Assembly: GCA_963749085.1 (NCBI GenBank)
Contig: CAVVLG010000004.1
Coordinates: forward strand, 1 to 52,669
Reading direction: 5' to 3'
Origin: Candidatus Adlerbacteria bacterium
Lineage (GTDB): Bacteria; Patescibacteriota; Minisyncoccia; Phycocordibacterales; SBAW01
Length of the DNA: 52,669 nucleotides
The notes beneath the pieces were generated by a model that saw only the letters and a list, made by a program, of their open reading frames with translations, made no database searches and was not told the origin of the DNA. A program made the position numbers and the translations under genes. Position 1 is the stretch's first letter. The number at the start of each line of letters is the position of its first letter. This document shows positions 41,840 to 51,141 of this stretch, one piece after another.

Positions 41840-44003
41840 CTAAGAAATGTCGTCAATTTCTACCCCACCCTCCAACTCACTATTTCCCTCGACAGGTGCG
41901 ATTGAGATTTGTTGCAGGAGAGAGGGGTAAATCAACACCTTGCGCTTATCGCTCGCATCCTGCTCTTGCACGATGAGTCCTGCCGTCTCAAGCATCGGGA
42001 GTATCTGCTGGCGAAGTTGGTTATTGTCCAGCATCCTCCCGTAGACTGCGTAGTGTTTGGTGAGCACCTCCTGCCGCGTGAGCCCAAGCTTGCCCGTTGC
42101 TTCCTCCCATCCGTCGCCTCTGTTGGCGTTCTTTTCAGTCCAAGCGGCAAGGATTACTTCGTTGTAGAGGTTGAAGATGTAGGGCGGCAGGTTGAGCTCC
42201 TGCGAGACGGCTATTTTGTCCCAAAGCGCGAACGCCGCATCAATGTCCTCCTCGTTAGCTACAATCACGGACCCGTGCCTATCGCGCCACCACACGTTGA
42301 GGAGCGCAAACGCCTTTATTAGCGAGAGGAGACGCTTGATGTCGCGCTGGTGTCGCGGCTTGAGCGTTCTTGTTGCCACCCAAGAACTTTTCCATAATGC
42401 GTTCACTGTCGGTGATGTTAATTTCGGTGATACCTTCCAGCTTGATGGCGCGTATCCGCTCTTTGAGCAGTGCGCGTTCAGGGTTCTCGTTGAGCCAGCT
42501 CTTGAAATTATCACTATCGGCTTCTTTACGGATGGTAGCGGTTATGCCCTCGCGTATTTTTTGCTGGCTAACCTCGGGCGAGAGCAGGAGAAAGCGTGTC
42601 GCCTCTTGCTCGTCTATCTTCAACCCCGCAGTGCAGAAGATGACGGAAGGATAGCCCCGAAGGAGCACGGTTTTAGTGCGCAATCCTGCTTTTTGGCTCT
42701 TGTCGGTAATTTTTAGTTTTATCTCCTTTTTGTCGTGAGAAAGAAGTGGGCGAAGGTGCTCAAGAAGCATCGTATGCGGTTGGTCAAGAAATATAAGTAT
42801 TTTATGCGAGAGGTCTACGAGGTACTGGTTTTTATCTTTGTCATATTCGCCTGTGTCGTGGAAGAACGCCGTGGGAGAGCAGTACCCGATTTCCATTACA
42901 TCGTCTTCGGGAAAGAGCCTCGCAATTTCTGTGGGGATGTAGCTTTTGCCTGTTGAGGACGGCGCGTTGTAGCTGATGTTGAACTGTGCACTTTCGGTGT
43001 AAGCAGAGAGCTCGCAGAGGAAAGTGGAGAGCTTATTTTCTTCGTCATATTTGATGGTGAGCCCCAGTGTCTTCACAAGCATTTCTCTTGTGAGCGGTGA
43101 AAACTGCGCAGTATCAATACGCTCGGGGTAAGGCTTGGCATATTTGCCAAACAGGTCATCCACCGAGCCGTTGAGCCTCACGAAATAATCGGTGATGTCG
43201 CCACCCGCGCCAACTTCGTTAGGGAGAGTGATGATGTAGGTAGCTTTTCCACCAATTTCCACCATTTTTGCCACGCGCTCTGCGCCCTTGCGCCCCGCCT
43301 CGTCGTTATCAAAACAAATGTGCACCTCTTTGATTTCTTGATTTTTTATCAACTTTTCAGCCCATTCCTCTTTGAAGGTCCCTGCACCGTGCGTGCTGGT
43401 GATAGCAGGTATGCCGCGAGAGAGCAGGGTCAGACGGTCCAGCTCGCCTTCGCAGATAACCAGCCTAGTATTAGGTTTTGTTAGGTTTTCCCAGTCGTAG
43501 AGCTGGGCTTCAATGCCCTTTGGATAGGTGATTTTATCGTTGCCGTGGTCGGGGTCCTGCCGCAGTTTGAAAAAGGCATAGTTGCCGAAAATATCTTTGA
43601 TGGGGATGGTAATCCACGTTTTACGGTAAAACTGCCCGTAGCCAAGCTTGTACTCATCTATGACCGCATCGCTGATGCCCCGCGCATTTAGGTATTTGCG
43701 TATGTGCTCGGGGAGTGCAGCGTGGCATTTATCAACGAGGTCTGTGTTGAACTTTGCCCGCTTTGGCTTGTCGGTTGTGTCGCCGAGGTGCTTTGCGAGT
43801 GTTTGCAGGTTGCCCTTTGCACCGCATTTTTTGCAGTCGTATTGGCTTGTCTCGGTGTTGAAGTACAGGTGTGCTTCGTTGCCGCGGCTATCGGCATCGC
43901 AGTTGCTGAACAGACACTTGGTGATAAGCTCGCCGCCGTGCTCACGGTATTTGATGCCTTTTTCGGTGAGGTACTCTCGGATAGTAATGGTTTGTAGGTT
44001 CAT
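41840..44003 (-). pseudogene. Primase-helicase paralogue (zinc ribbon + Toprim + P-loop) with one frameshift near 42375
   Basis: The 574-aa and 224-aa ORFs overlap at 42279-42514. Aligning by eye to 21581-24049 joins ...ERIMEKFL to TLKPRHQRDIKRLL.... Motifs VICEGELDRL, CFDNDEAGRKG and APSSTGKS are present. Confidence 0.8.
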
Positions 44004-44016
44004 AATGGTGTTGTTT

Positions 44017-44220
44017 TTATTGAGTAATAGATGATTTGAGAACTGCTTGCCGCTCCTTCACGCGAGCGTGCTCCTCTTTAGTCATCGGCTTGTAGATGAG
44101 TTGCATAGTCCGCAGGAGCTTGATGCCTTGCGCGTGCGCATCCTCCTTGCTGATTTCCTTGCCGAAGCGGTCTTTGTAAAGCCGCTGGAACTTGGCTATG
44201 TGCTCATCGGTCAGCCTCAT
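44017..44220 (-). CDS. Hypothetical small protein
   Basis: 67-aa ORF packed between the primase start and the next gene. No family recognised. Confidence 0.45.
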   Translation of the reverse strand: MRLTDEHIAKFQRLYKDRFGKEISKEDAHAQGIKLLRTMQLIYKPMTKEEHARVKERQAVLKSSITQ

Positions 44221-44222
44221 AG

Positions 44223-44585
44223 CTATTCGCTGCTGTAGAGCCTGTTTTTGAGAGCCTTGAGCGCGTCAAAGAACGACCGAGCTTTGACTTCTAGTTGGTC
44301 GGTAAAGTATTGGTTGGCAAAATCCTCTATGCCGTCTTCGCGTTTGAACACGAACAGTGCTTTGCGCGGGTCCGCGCGGTCCACAGCCTGCAACTCAAAC
44401 CCGATGCACAGGAGTGCGGCACTCACGCCTAAATCAAAAGTGGTGAAAATGAGGGTGGGGTCGTCAACGGGTATGTAGCGATACTCCTCTGGGCTCTTTC
44501 TTTTTTGGGTCATTTTAATAATTTGGGTGGGTAATACGTTCTTGCCGACAACAAAAACGCCCCCAGTGTAGGAGGGCGAGCTCAT
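44223..44585 (-). CDS. Hypothetical protein, possibly DUF5659-like
   Basis: FTTFDLGVSAALLCIGFELQAVDRADPRKALFVFKRED resembles the DUF5659 pattern, from memory. The start may be the internal Met at 44513. Confidence 0.45.
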   Translation of the reverse strand: MSSPSYTGGVFVVGKNVLPTQIIKMTQKRKSPEEYRYIPVDDPTLIFTTFDLGVSAALLCIGFELQAVDRADPRKALFVFKREDGIEDFANQYFTDQLEVKARSFFDALKALKNRLYSSE

Positions 44586-44613
44586 TCATTTTTCTTTTTT
44601 GAACTAAAAATCC

Positions 44614-45915
44614 CTACATTTTTTTGGTACTAAAAACCCAACCGTCCTTATTTTGATTGGTAATAACGTCTCTGCCGAAATGAATTTTCAATACGCCGTG
44701 TAACTCGCTGACGTACTTGGCAATCGTGGTGTAGGGCGTTGCTCCTCTTTTCGTCGAGTCCACGATTGTATTGCGTATATCATCGTGAGTAAGCACCGTG
44801 CCTTGATTCCGCATAAACAACCGACAGAGGTCCTTCATTTGCGGACGCAGCTCAACCATTTTGTCTTTATAGCGTATTGAGCCATCGCTATAAGCCACAA
44901 GGTCCCCAGCCTCTATTTCGGGCTTGAGCTCCACAAGGGGCGGGGACGCTTTCGCTCCTTGCGCCGATGCGCTTGCGCCCGCAGGCGGCGTACCATTGAG
45001 AGAAAGAACCAGCTCACTTTTTCGTAGGTCGCTGATAACAAGCTCGCCGTCTTTTTCCAAAGAGAAAATACTTTCAAAAATTCTGTAGTGCCTTTCGTTT
45101 CCAAGCGGCCAGCCGCCATATTCGGCGATTCTCGCGGGAGTAACTTGTAAATTTTTTGTCCCGAAATTTGTTGTCATCGCTTTAATTGCTGTGAGCGTAT
45201 TATTTTTTTGCAGGCTTGGGTCGAAATACTGGACGCCATGAGGAGCGACGAGACTGCCCGCATCAAAATTTTTGAGGTATGCGTCCATTCGTGCCTGTAG
45301 CGCGGGCATATCAATTTTGAGTTCCAACACAAGATAGTCGTATGTGCGGTGGTGCGCGACACCAGCTAACTCTCTGAACTCGTCGGCGGTGAGCACCTGT
45401 CCTGTCTCGGCTTTTTTGTAGATAGTCTCACCGAGCCCGCAGAACGGGTCGCTCATATAATCAGGGTTCGGTTTGTAGGGCTTAAAAGTATTACCCATAC
45501 TACGACTCGCGAGGTGCTTACTATATTGTGTAGTTTCGTACTTTTTCTTTTCTGCACGATACCAAGCGATGTAGCGCTTATCCAACCGTGCCGTTACTGA
45601 AAGTATGCGCGGCTCACTATCCATTAACTCAACGAGAGCACCCATCGTATTTATTGGATGGCTACTGTAGTAGTTATCACCTATAGGCTGGTGTGCGCTA
45701 TCGGCTTGCACGGCTGCTCGCCGCGCCGCCGCAATACCTCGGGCCTGCTGGGTTGCGTTAATCGTCTTCTGCGTGCCCTGTACCATCAAGCCGTACTGCT
45801 CGTCGTCGCTAAAAAAGGTAAAATTGTGGGGCACAACGACCCCCTCATCAAAGTGCTCGGTGTTGAGGAGCAATTTTTTCCAAAGATAAATTTTCCACTC
45901 GGAGAGGTATTCCAT
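44614..45915 (-). CDS. Hypothetical protein with a C-terminal OmpR/PhoB-type winged-helix domain
   Basis: 433 aa. The last ~90 aa (VELRPQMKDLCRLFMRNQGTVLTHDDIRN...YVSELHGVLK...GWVF) look like a trans_reg_C wHTH. Confidence 0.6.
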   Translation of the reverse strand: MEYLSEWKIYLWKKLLLNTEHFDEGVVVPHNFTFFSDDEQYGLMVQGTQKTINATQQARGIAAARRAAVQADSAHQPIGDNYYSSHPINTMGALVELMDSEPRILSVTARLDKRYIAWYRAEKKKYETTQYSKHLASRSMGNTFKPYKPNPDYMSDPFCGLGETIYKKAETGQVLTADEFRELAGVAHHRTYDYLVLELKIDMPALQARMDAYLKNFDAGSLVAPHGVQYFDPSLQKNNTLTAIKAMTTNFGTKNLQVTPARIAEYGGWPLGNERHYRIFESIFSLEKDGELVISDLRKSELVLSLNGTPPAGASASAQGAKASPPLVELKPEIEAGDLVAYSDGSIRYKDKMVELRPQMKDLCRLFMRNQGTVLTHDDIRNTIVDSTKRGATPYTTIAKYVSELHGVLKIHFGRDVITNQNKDGWVFSTKKM

Positions 45916-46019
45916 AGTAATTGTAATAGTAATTTCACCTTTAATTTACGCCTTTTTGGGCTATTTTCATAGGGGAAAACACGCTGGTATAAACTGCCTG
46001 TTGTGCTATGGTATCGGTG

Positions 46020-46207
46020 TACAATTGAATAGTTCGGCCTAACCCCGCGGCAACGTGGATATGGCAAAACCAGTCAAGGATAGAGAACCCGTCGCGGGAC
46101 TGCCTTGACTGGTCATATCGGGAAACTGGTATGGGTGGCGCAAGCCTCCGCCCATGTGGCGGGCTCTTTGTTCCCACTTGGATTATTAGCAAGTCCGATC
46201 AAGATAT
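46020..46207 (+). promoter_or_regulatory. Promoter-like TACAAT plus structured 5' leader, copy C
   Basis: TACAATTGAATAG; CCUAAC-(CCGCG-GCAA-CGUGG)-AUAUGG; a 10-bp stem CCAGUCAAGG/CCUUGACUGG with apical GAACCC; GGUCAUAUCGGGAAACUGGUAUGG; GGUGGC-GCAA-GCCUCC; GGGCUC. Confidence 0.6.
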
Positions 46208-48598
46208 ATGAAAAAGATTTTAGTTTTTGTGATAGCGTTCTCGTTCGCAGTTCCCCTGTTTGCAAGCGCCTCCACGTTTTCAAACAATTTGTACTACGGC
46301 CTCACCGGCAACTCGGACGTAACCGCCTTGCAGGAATTCCTGACGCAGCAAGGTGTTTACTCCGGCCCCATCAGCGGCAATTTCTTTTCCCTTACCCTTG
46401 CGGGAGTAAAAAAGTTTCAATCCGCTGAAGGGCATCGTCCCGGTGTCGGGATATGTAGGCCCCATCACTCGGGGGGCGATAAATCAAATCCTCGCGGGGC
46501 AAGTCTCTGGCTCGGAAGGCAACGCCACCGCTACCAAGCCGTTTGTAGATCTGTCGCAACAAACGACAACGCCTTCTTCCAATACGACTTCACCCAGTAA
46601 CTATTCAACCTACAGCCCTCTCACTTTCTCGGAGTTTCAAAACAACCCCGCCAATTACATCGGCCAAAGCATCATTGTCACCGGCATGAACGACTCTTTC
46701 ATCCCAAGCACTGGATCAGCGGGGAGTACCAACTTCGTGGAAGTGGAAAATCCGTTCGATCTCTCACAGCCGAAGTTTGAGCTGGAGATACCGGGCAGCG
46801 GCGACTACGCCGCAGCAGTCAATGCACTTCAAAACAAGAGCGTGCCCGTGCATCTTTTTGTCAGAGCGTACGGCACAGGACTAGCGGATCAGTCGTTTAC
46901 TGAAACCTCTCTCCTCGGCAGCGCTAACGTCTCGCTACCCACCGTTCTTGTCACGCGTCTGGATCAGTGTCTGCAGGGGAGCATGAATACCACTGTGCTT
47001 ACCGGCACCAGCTTCGAGAGTAATTTCTCCTGCTCGCAATGGCAGACGATCTTTCCCGCGGGAGTTGTCCAACCGACACCAACGCAGTCGAACTCGCAAT
47101 CCACCGCACCCACGCCGACCTGCAATTTAAGTGCGTCTCCGTCTTCCATTACTTCTGGCCAATCGTCAGAAATATCATGGAGCTCAACGAATACGACTTC
47201 TGGGTATATATCGGGCATCGGATATCTTTCGTCCCTTAGTAGTTCAATGGAAATCTCGCCAAGCGTGTCAACTAACTACGTAGGCACCTTCTCAGGCTCT
47301 GGCGGCTCCGTGGAGTGTTCGGCCGCAGTGACGGTCTCACAGTCATCCCAAACGTCACAATCGACGTCAGTAACCCCGACCTTGTCAGTGACCAATTCGC
47401 CGCTTGTATATAACGGCTCCCCACAAACGGCAGTCATCAGCAGTTCCATCCCCGGCAACATCGTCAGCGTCGAGTATAACGGCTCTGCAACCGCGCCGAC
47501 CATGCCGGGCACCTATGCGGTCACTGCAGATTTCGCTCCATCAACTAACCCCAACGATTACAGCGCTCGACTATCGGCCGGTAACCTTGTCATCAACGCT
47601 GGAAGCTCTACCGTAACCCCGGCCAACCAAACCATTAGCTTCGGCTCCAGTAACAACGACGTTCTTCAAAACGTGACATATGGGATCGTCGGTTTCACCG
47701 TAGACGCACAGGCGAGTTCCGGATTAGGGGTAAGCTTCACCGCACAGGGAGCCTGCACTGTCACGAATGACGGGGCTACCATTGCCACGGGGCTTGGCAC
47801 GGGTAGCGTCTTAATCACTGGCACTGGAAGTTGCACCATCACGGCCAGCCAGGCGGGTAACGAGTATTATAATCCGGCGCCTAATGTCAGTCAGACCTTT
47901 ACCATTAATCCAGCTCCATCATCCGCACCCAGTTCAGATGCGAACTTAAGCGCTCTGGCATATAACGGAACGGCTGTCAGCGGATTCGACAGCACTACCT
48001 ATAAGTACGTCGTCGATCTGCCGGACGGGTCGACCGCAGTTGCGCCTTTGGCCGCCACGGCTGATAACGGAAGCGCTACGGTCGTCGTTACTCAGGCATC
48101 GCCGTGCCGGGGGAAGCGACCGTCTGCGTGACGGCGGGGGACGGCGTGACCCACCAGACCTATACCGCGTACTTCCTTGTTACCGGTTCGGGGCAATGCG
48201 ACTTCAACGGAGACGTCTTCTCCTGTGCGGCTAACCCTTGGATGACTATTAGCCTGACATCTCTGCCGAGCGGTACTGTCGGAGCGAATTACAGCGAGCC
48301 GCTGACGCTCACTGACCCGCTCACCTCATCGCAAATTGTCCAATGGAACATTATCAGTGGCCAAATGCCTCCGGGTATCGGTATCGCGTTCTCGCCGAAC
48401 TACGCGATTGAGTGCTCCGGCACCTATTGCTACTTCACGACACCGCCGAGTGAGAGATATTCGGCCACCAGCCCGGGTTCCTTCTTCGGGACGCCCACGG
48501 CAGCCGGGACTTATAGCTTCACGCTGCAGGCGATTGACGCCGTGAATGCCACTCTTCCGACATTCACTATCACGATCGCGAGTTCGACGACAAACTAG
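46208..48598 (+). pseudogene. Large exported surface protein with two frameshifts (signal peptide, peptidoglycan-binding domain, Ser/Thr-rich and Ig-like/cadherin-like repeats)
   Basis: MKKILVFVIAFSFAVPLFASA signal. PG_binding-like GNSDVTALQEFLTQQGVYSGPISGNF...KKFQSAEG continues as IVPVSGYVGPITRGAIN in another frame (~46432). The cadherin-like block SDANLSALAYNG...TYKYVVDLP...ATVVVTQAS continues as AVPGEATVCVTAGDGVTHQTYTAYF after a second shift (~48095). Confidence 0.7.
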
Positions 48599-48975
48599 CC
48601 GGAGCGGCCGCGATTGAACAGCCGCCGCGCCTCTTCTTGCATACGTTTCTTATTATGACGTTGCGATTGTTGGCACCACGCCCATTGTGTTGCTTTGCCG
48701 GGCGACATACCCCCTTTCATTTTTTCCTGCATTTTGCGTTCACGGTCATCGTCAAGTTTCTTCGGGCCTTCGAAAGGCTTCAGTGACTCCTGGACACTGT
48801 GCAGAAGTTGCACAGCTCGATCGTTGTTGCTACGAGCAATCTCTTGCTTTGCCCTGATTTCGTCGTCTGGATTCTTCGCGGGCATAGGCGGCGGCGTGTG
48901 CGGCCCCTCACAAAATTCGGCAAGTGGTTGTACTGAAACCCTAGACCAGTACGCGCTTTTTCCCCAGCCTTCCTA
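48595..48975 (-). pseudogene. 3' remnant of a second terminase large-subunit gene
   Basis: The 96-aa ORF tail ...LKPFEGPKKLDDD...WAWCQQSQRHNKKRMQEEARRLF aligns with the terL C-terminus ...LEPFKLPKQLDPD...LAWHKQSQRHAQQLNQEEARRRF. It has the same CTAG overlapping-stop junction with the convergent gene. No upstream ATPase or nuclease region remains. Confidence 0.65.
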
Positions 48976-49094
48976 ACTTAGGGTCGAGTGATTTTATTGC
49001 TCAAGCACAGGTTCTTATGAGCCAATAGTAGTCAGGGTAACTAGATATATAGTTACCCAATATAGTGAGCGGTGGCGTGGGGTAAGGCAAAATG

Positions 49095-49748
49095 CTAAAC
49101 TCCCACTGGTAGCGACAGAATGGGAACGTAGAGAGCCGTCATTTTTATGCTCAAATTTGGTTCTAACATCGTCCAGATCAGGGCGAGATTCCGTTGGCGG
49201 GCGTCGGCGCTCCAGCCGATAAAGCCGTCGCGATCACGGCACGTCCATGCGGCCGACCCGAAGACCAGGCCCGCCAGCGGCCGCCGGTGCGCGTCGGTCA
49301 CCAGATACTGCAGGTTCTCGCCCACGCTGCTGGAGTAGCTCAGGTAATGGAACTCGGCCAGCGCCGAGGCCAGCATCGCCCGCCCGGCGGCCTCGCCACT
49401 GACCTCCTGCACGTCGAGCGGCCCCAGGTCCGCCAGCGGTACGCGCAGCGGGGTGCGGTCCCACGATCGCCGGGCGATCACCCGCGCCCGCATGCGGTTG
49501 GTGGGAGCCCACCGACGCGGAGGCAGGTGAATCCATCCCCGCTGGTCGAGCTTCACCAACAAGCTGCGCGTGGCCATGTCTTTGAGTCGGCCGACCCCGT
49601 TGCGCCAGTTCCATTCCGCCGCCAGCACTTCCGAGAGTCGCCGCCGGCTCCACTCCGGATGCGCCGCGATCAACTCGCGAATCTGCGCCAGATCGACGGC
49701 CCGCACCACCCGGCCTTGCACCACCGGCGCTGAGCTCGCTTCCTCCAT
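49095..49748 (-). pseudogene. DUF4338-domain protein, truncated at its 3' end by the composition break
   Basis: From ATG 49748: ...IRELIAAHPEWSRRRLS...FHYLSYSSSVGENLQYLV...FGSAAWTCRDRDGFIGWS...RQRNLALI. After ~49176 the reading frame runs into unrelated lower-GC sequence. Confidence 0.6.
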
Positions 49749-49819
49749 GCGTCGAGTATGGCAGAAAGACGAAGTGGAGTCCAGAGGAAAATGGAGGGGG
49801 GAACAACCGGCAGAGAACT

Positions 49820-50155
49820 CTACCTGCGCAACCAGTGACGCCGCGGCGTTGCCTCCAGTCCGTGCAGCAACAAGGTGAACTCTTCGGGGCGCAAGCAACA
49901 GCTGGGACCTTCTCCGGTGGGCCAGCCGAATGTCCCCTTCTCCAGCCGCTTGGCCCAGACCCACAGCCCGGTGCCGTCCCAGAACACCACTTTGAGTCGG
50001 TTGCGACTGCGATTGGTGAACAAAAACAGGTGGCCCGACAGCGGGTCCTGCGCAAGCACGCTCTGGACGCGAGCCGACAGCCCGTTAAAACTCGCGCGCA
50101 GATCCACCGGCGCCACGGCCACGAAGATGCGTGTGGCGGGGGAGAAGCTTAACAC
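49820..50155 (-). CDS. tnpB: IS66-family accessory protein TnpB (orf2)
   Basis: IFVAVAPVDLRASFNGLSARVQSVL...SGHLFLFTNRSRNRLKVVFWDGTGLWVWAKRLEKGTFGWP matches the IS66 Orf2 pattern. A GTG start overlaps the orf1 stop. Confidence 0.75.
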   Translation of the reverse strand: MLSFSPATRIFVAVAPVDLRASFNGLSARVQSVLAQDPLSGHLFLFTNRSRNRLKVVFWDGTGLWVWAKRLEKGTFGWPTGEGPSCCLRPEEFTLLLHGLEATPRRHWLRR

Positions 50156-50588
50156 GTCTGGTTCATCGCCGCCAGCAGCGCCGCGATCCACCCGGCCTCG
50201 GCCCCCGCGCGTAAACGCACCCGGATGCCGCTCGGCCACGTGACCTCGGCCGCCCATCCCGCGCACGCAGGCCCGGCCCCCAGCGGCGGGACAGTGACCT
50301 CGCGAAACGTGGCCGTCGGTGCAGGCGGGGGCTGCCGGGGGAGAGAGCAGCCGTTCGGCCGCGTGGATGCGACGCATCCCGGCCGACGCTCACCCCCCAC
50401 GGCTGCCGCGTCAGCGCCAAACTCGGCCCACGCCCGTAGAGCCATTTCCGCAGTGTGGTCACCTTCAAACCGTGCTGCTGGGCGAACTGGGCCTGAGTCA
50501 CTCCGCTCGAGCGGAAGCGTGAAATCCATTGCGACCGCTCTTCCCGAGAGAACACGGGCCGATGTAGCGTGCTATTCGGTGGTCTCAT
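50149..50588 (-). pseudogene. IS66-family orf1 (HTH accessory protein), frameshifted
   Basis: The N-terminal FSREERSQWISRFRSSGVTQAQFAQQHGLKVTTLRKWL is in one frame. The family-typical C-terminus FREVTVPP...AEVTWPSGIRVRLRAGAEAGWIAALLAAM is in another. Confidence 0.6.
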
Positions 50589-50619
50589 GCCCCAAGCTTG
50601 CCAGAGCCTGAGGCCACGC

Positions 50620-50646
50620 GCCAGATGCGCCGCGCTTAACGCTTAC
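50620..50646 (-). repeat. Candidate IS66-type terminal inverted repeat
   Basis: The reverse complement reads GTAAGCGTTAAGCGCGGCGCATCTGGC. IS66-family ends typically start GTAAGCG. Confidence 0.45.
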
Positions 50647-51141
50647 CATCGAACGCGATGTACTCCATTTGCTGCGCCTCCTCTCGTACCCGGGATTGGC
50701 TGTCTCGGTACGAGGGTACCACCGTACCCCCGGAGGCGCAGCGTTCTCATACCATCACTCAATACCCGTTTGGGGCCATTTGTCCACTAAATCAACAGCT
50801 GCTGTCAACCCCACTGGGCCGTGCGAAAACTGACCAAAGAATTGACCCCCAGCTTCCACGGACCGCGGTGAGCCAGCCCGCCAACGTGTTCGTCTGTTCT
50901 TAATGGCGGGGTGCCGCGGCAGGGCGCGAACATAACAAGTAGCGCGCAGTCTGATCATTAATTGCCCGCATCACCACCGTCCGTGGCTTTGGGCGGGCCG
51001 GCGCTGTCCGATAGACGGCGATCGCGTGTATAACTGATGTCAGTCGAGCACGGACGGCGGCATCCCGGCGGGGCGGTGGTGGCGCGAGGTTCGGTCCGGT
51101 GCGATGCGACGCTCTGCAGCAGTCGGGGTTGGGAGGCAATC

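Larger units (their letters stand above)
38835..48975. mobile_element. Decayed mobile element 3, abutting tRNA-Asp (related to elements 1 and 2)
   Basis: It contains a serine recombinase (as in element 1), a primase-helicase (as in island 2), a leader + exported-protein gene converging on terL (as in element 1), multiple frameshifts, and a terL truncated to its 3' end. Confidence 0.55.
49095..50646 (-). mobile_element. IS66-family-like remnant (IR, orf1, tnpB, then DUF4338 instead of the DDE transposase)
   Basis: A GTAAGCG... terminal repeat lies at 50646 (reverse strand), 58 nt upstream of orf1. tnpB overlaps the orf1 stop. No tnpC and no second IR were found. Confidence 0.5.

Noticed and set aside
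49078-49100. GGTAAGGCAAAATGC as the second IS66 terminal repeat
   Set aside because: It shares only GTAAG with the 50646 repeat, and it lies in the lower-GC spacer outside the GC-rich IS-like DNA.
49095-49748. A Druantia defence system, suggested by the DruA-like DUF4338 domain
   Set aside because: No DruB-E-like large genes or helicase are adjacent. The gene is truncated and sits next to IS66-type genes.
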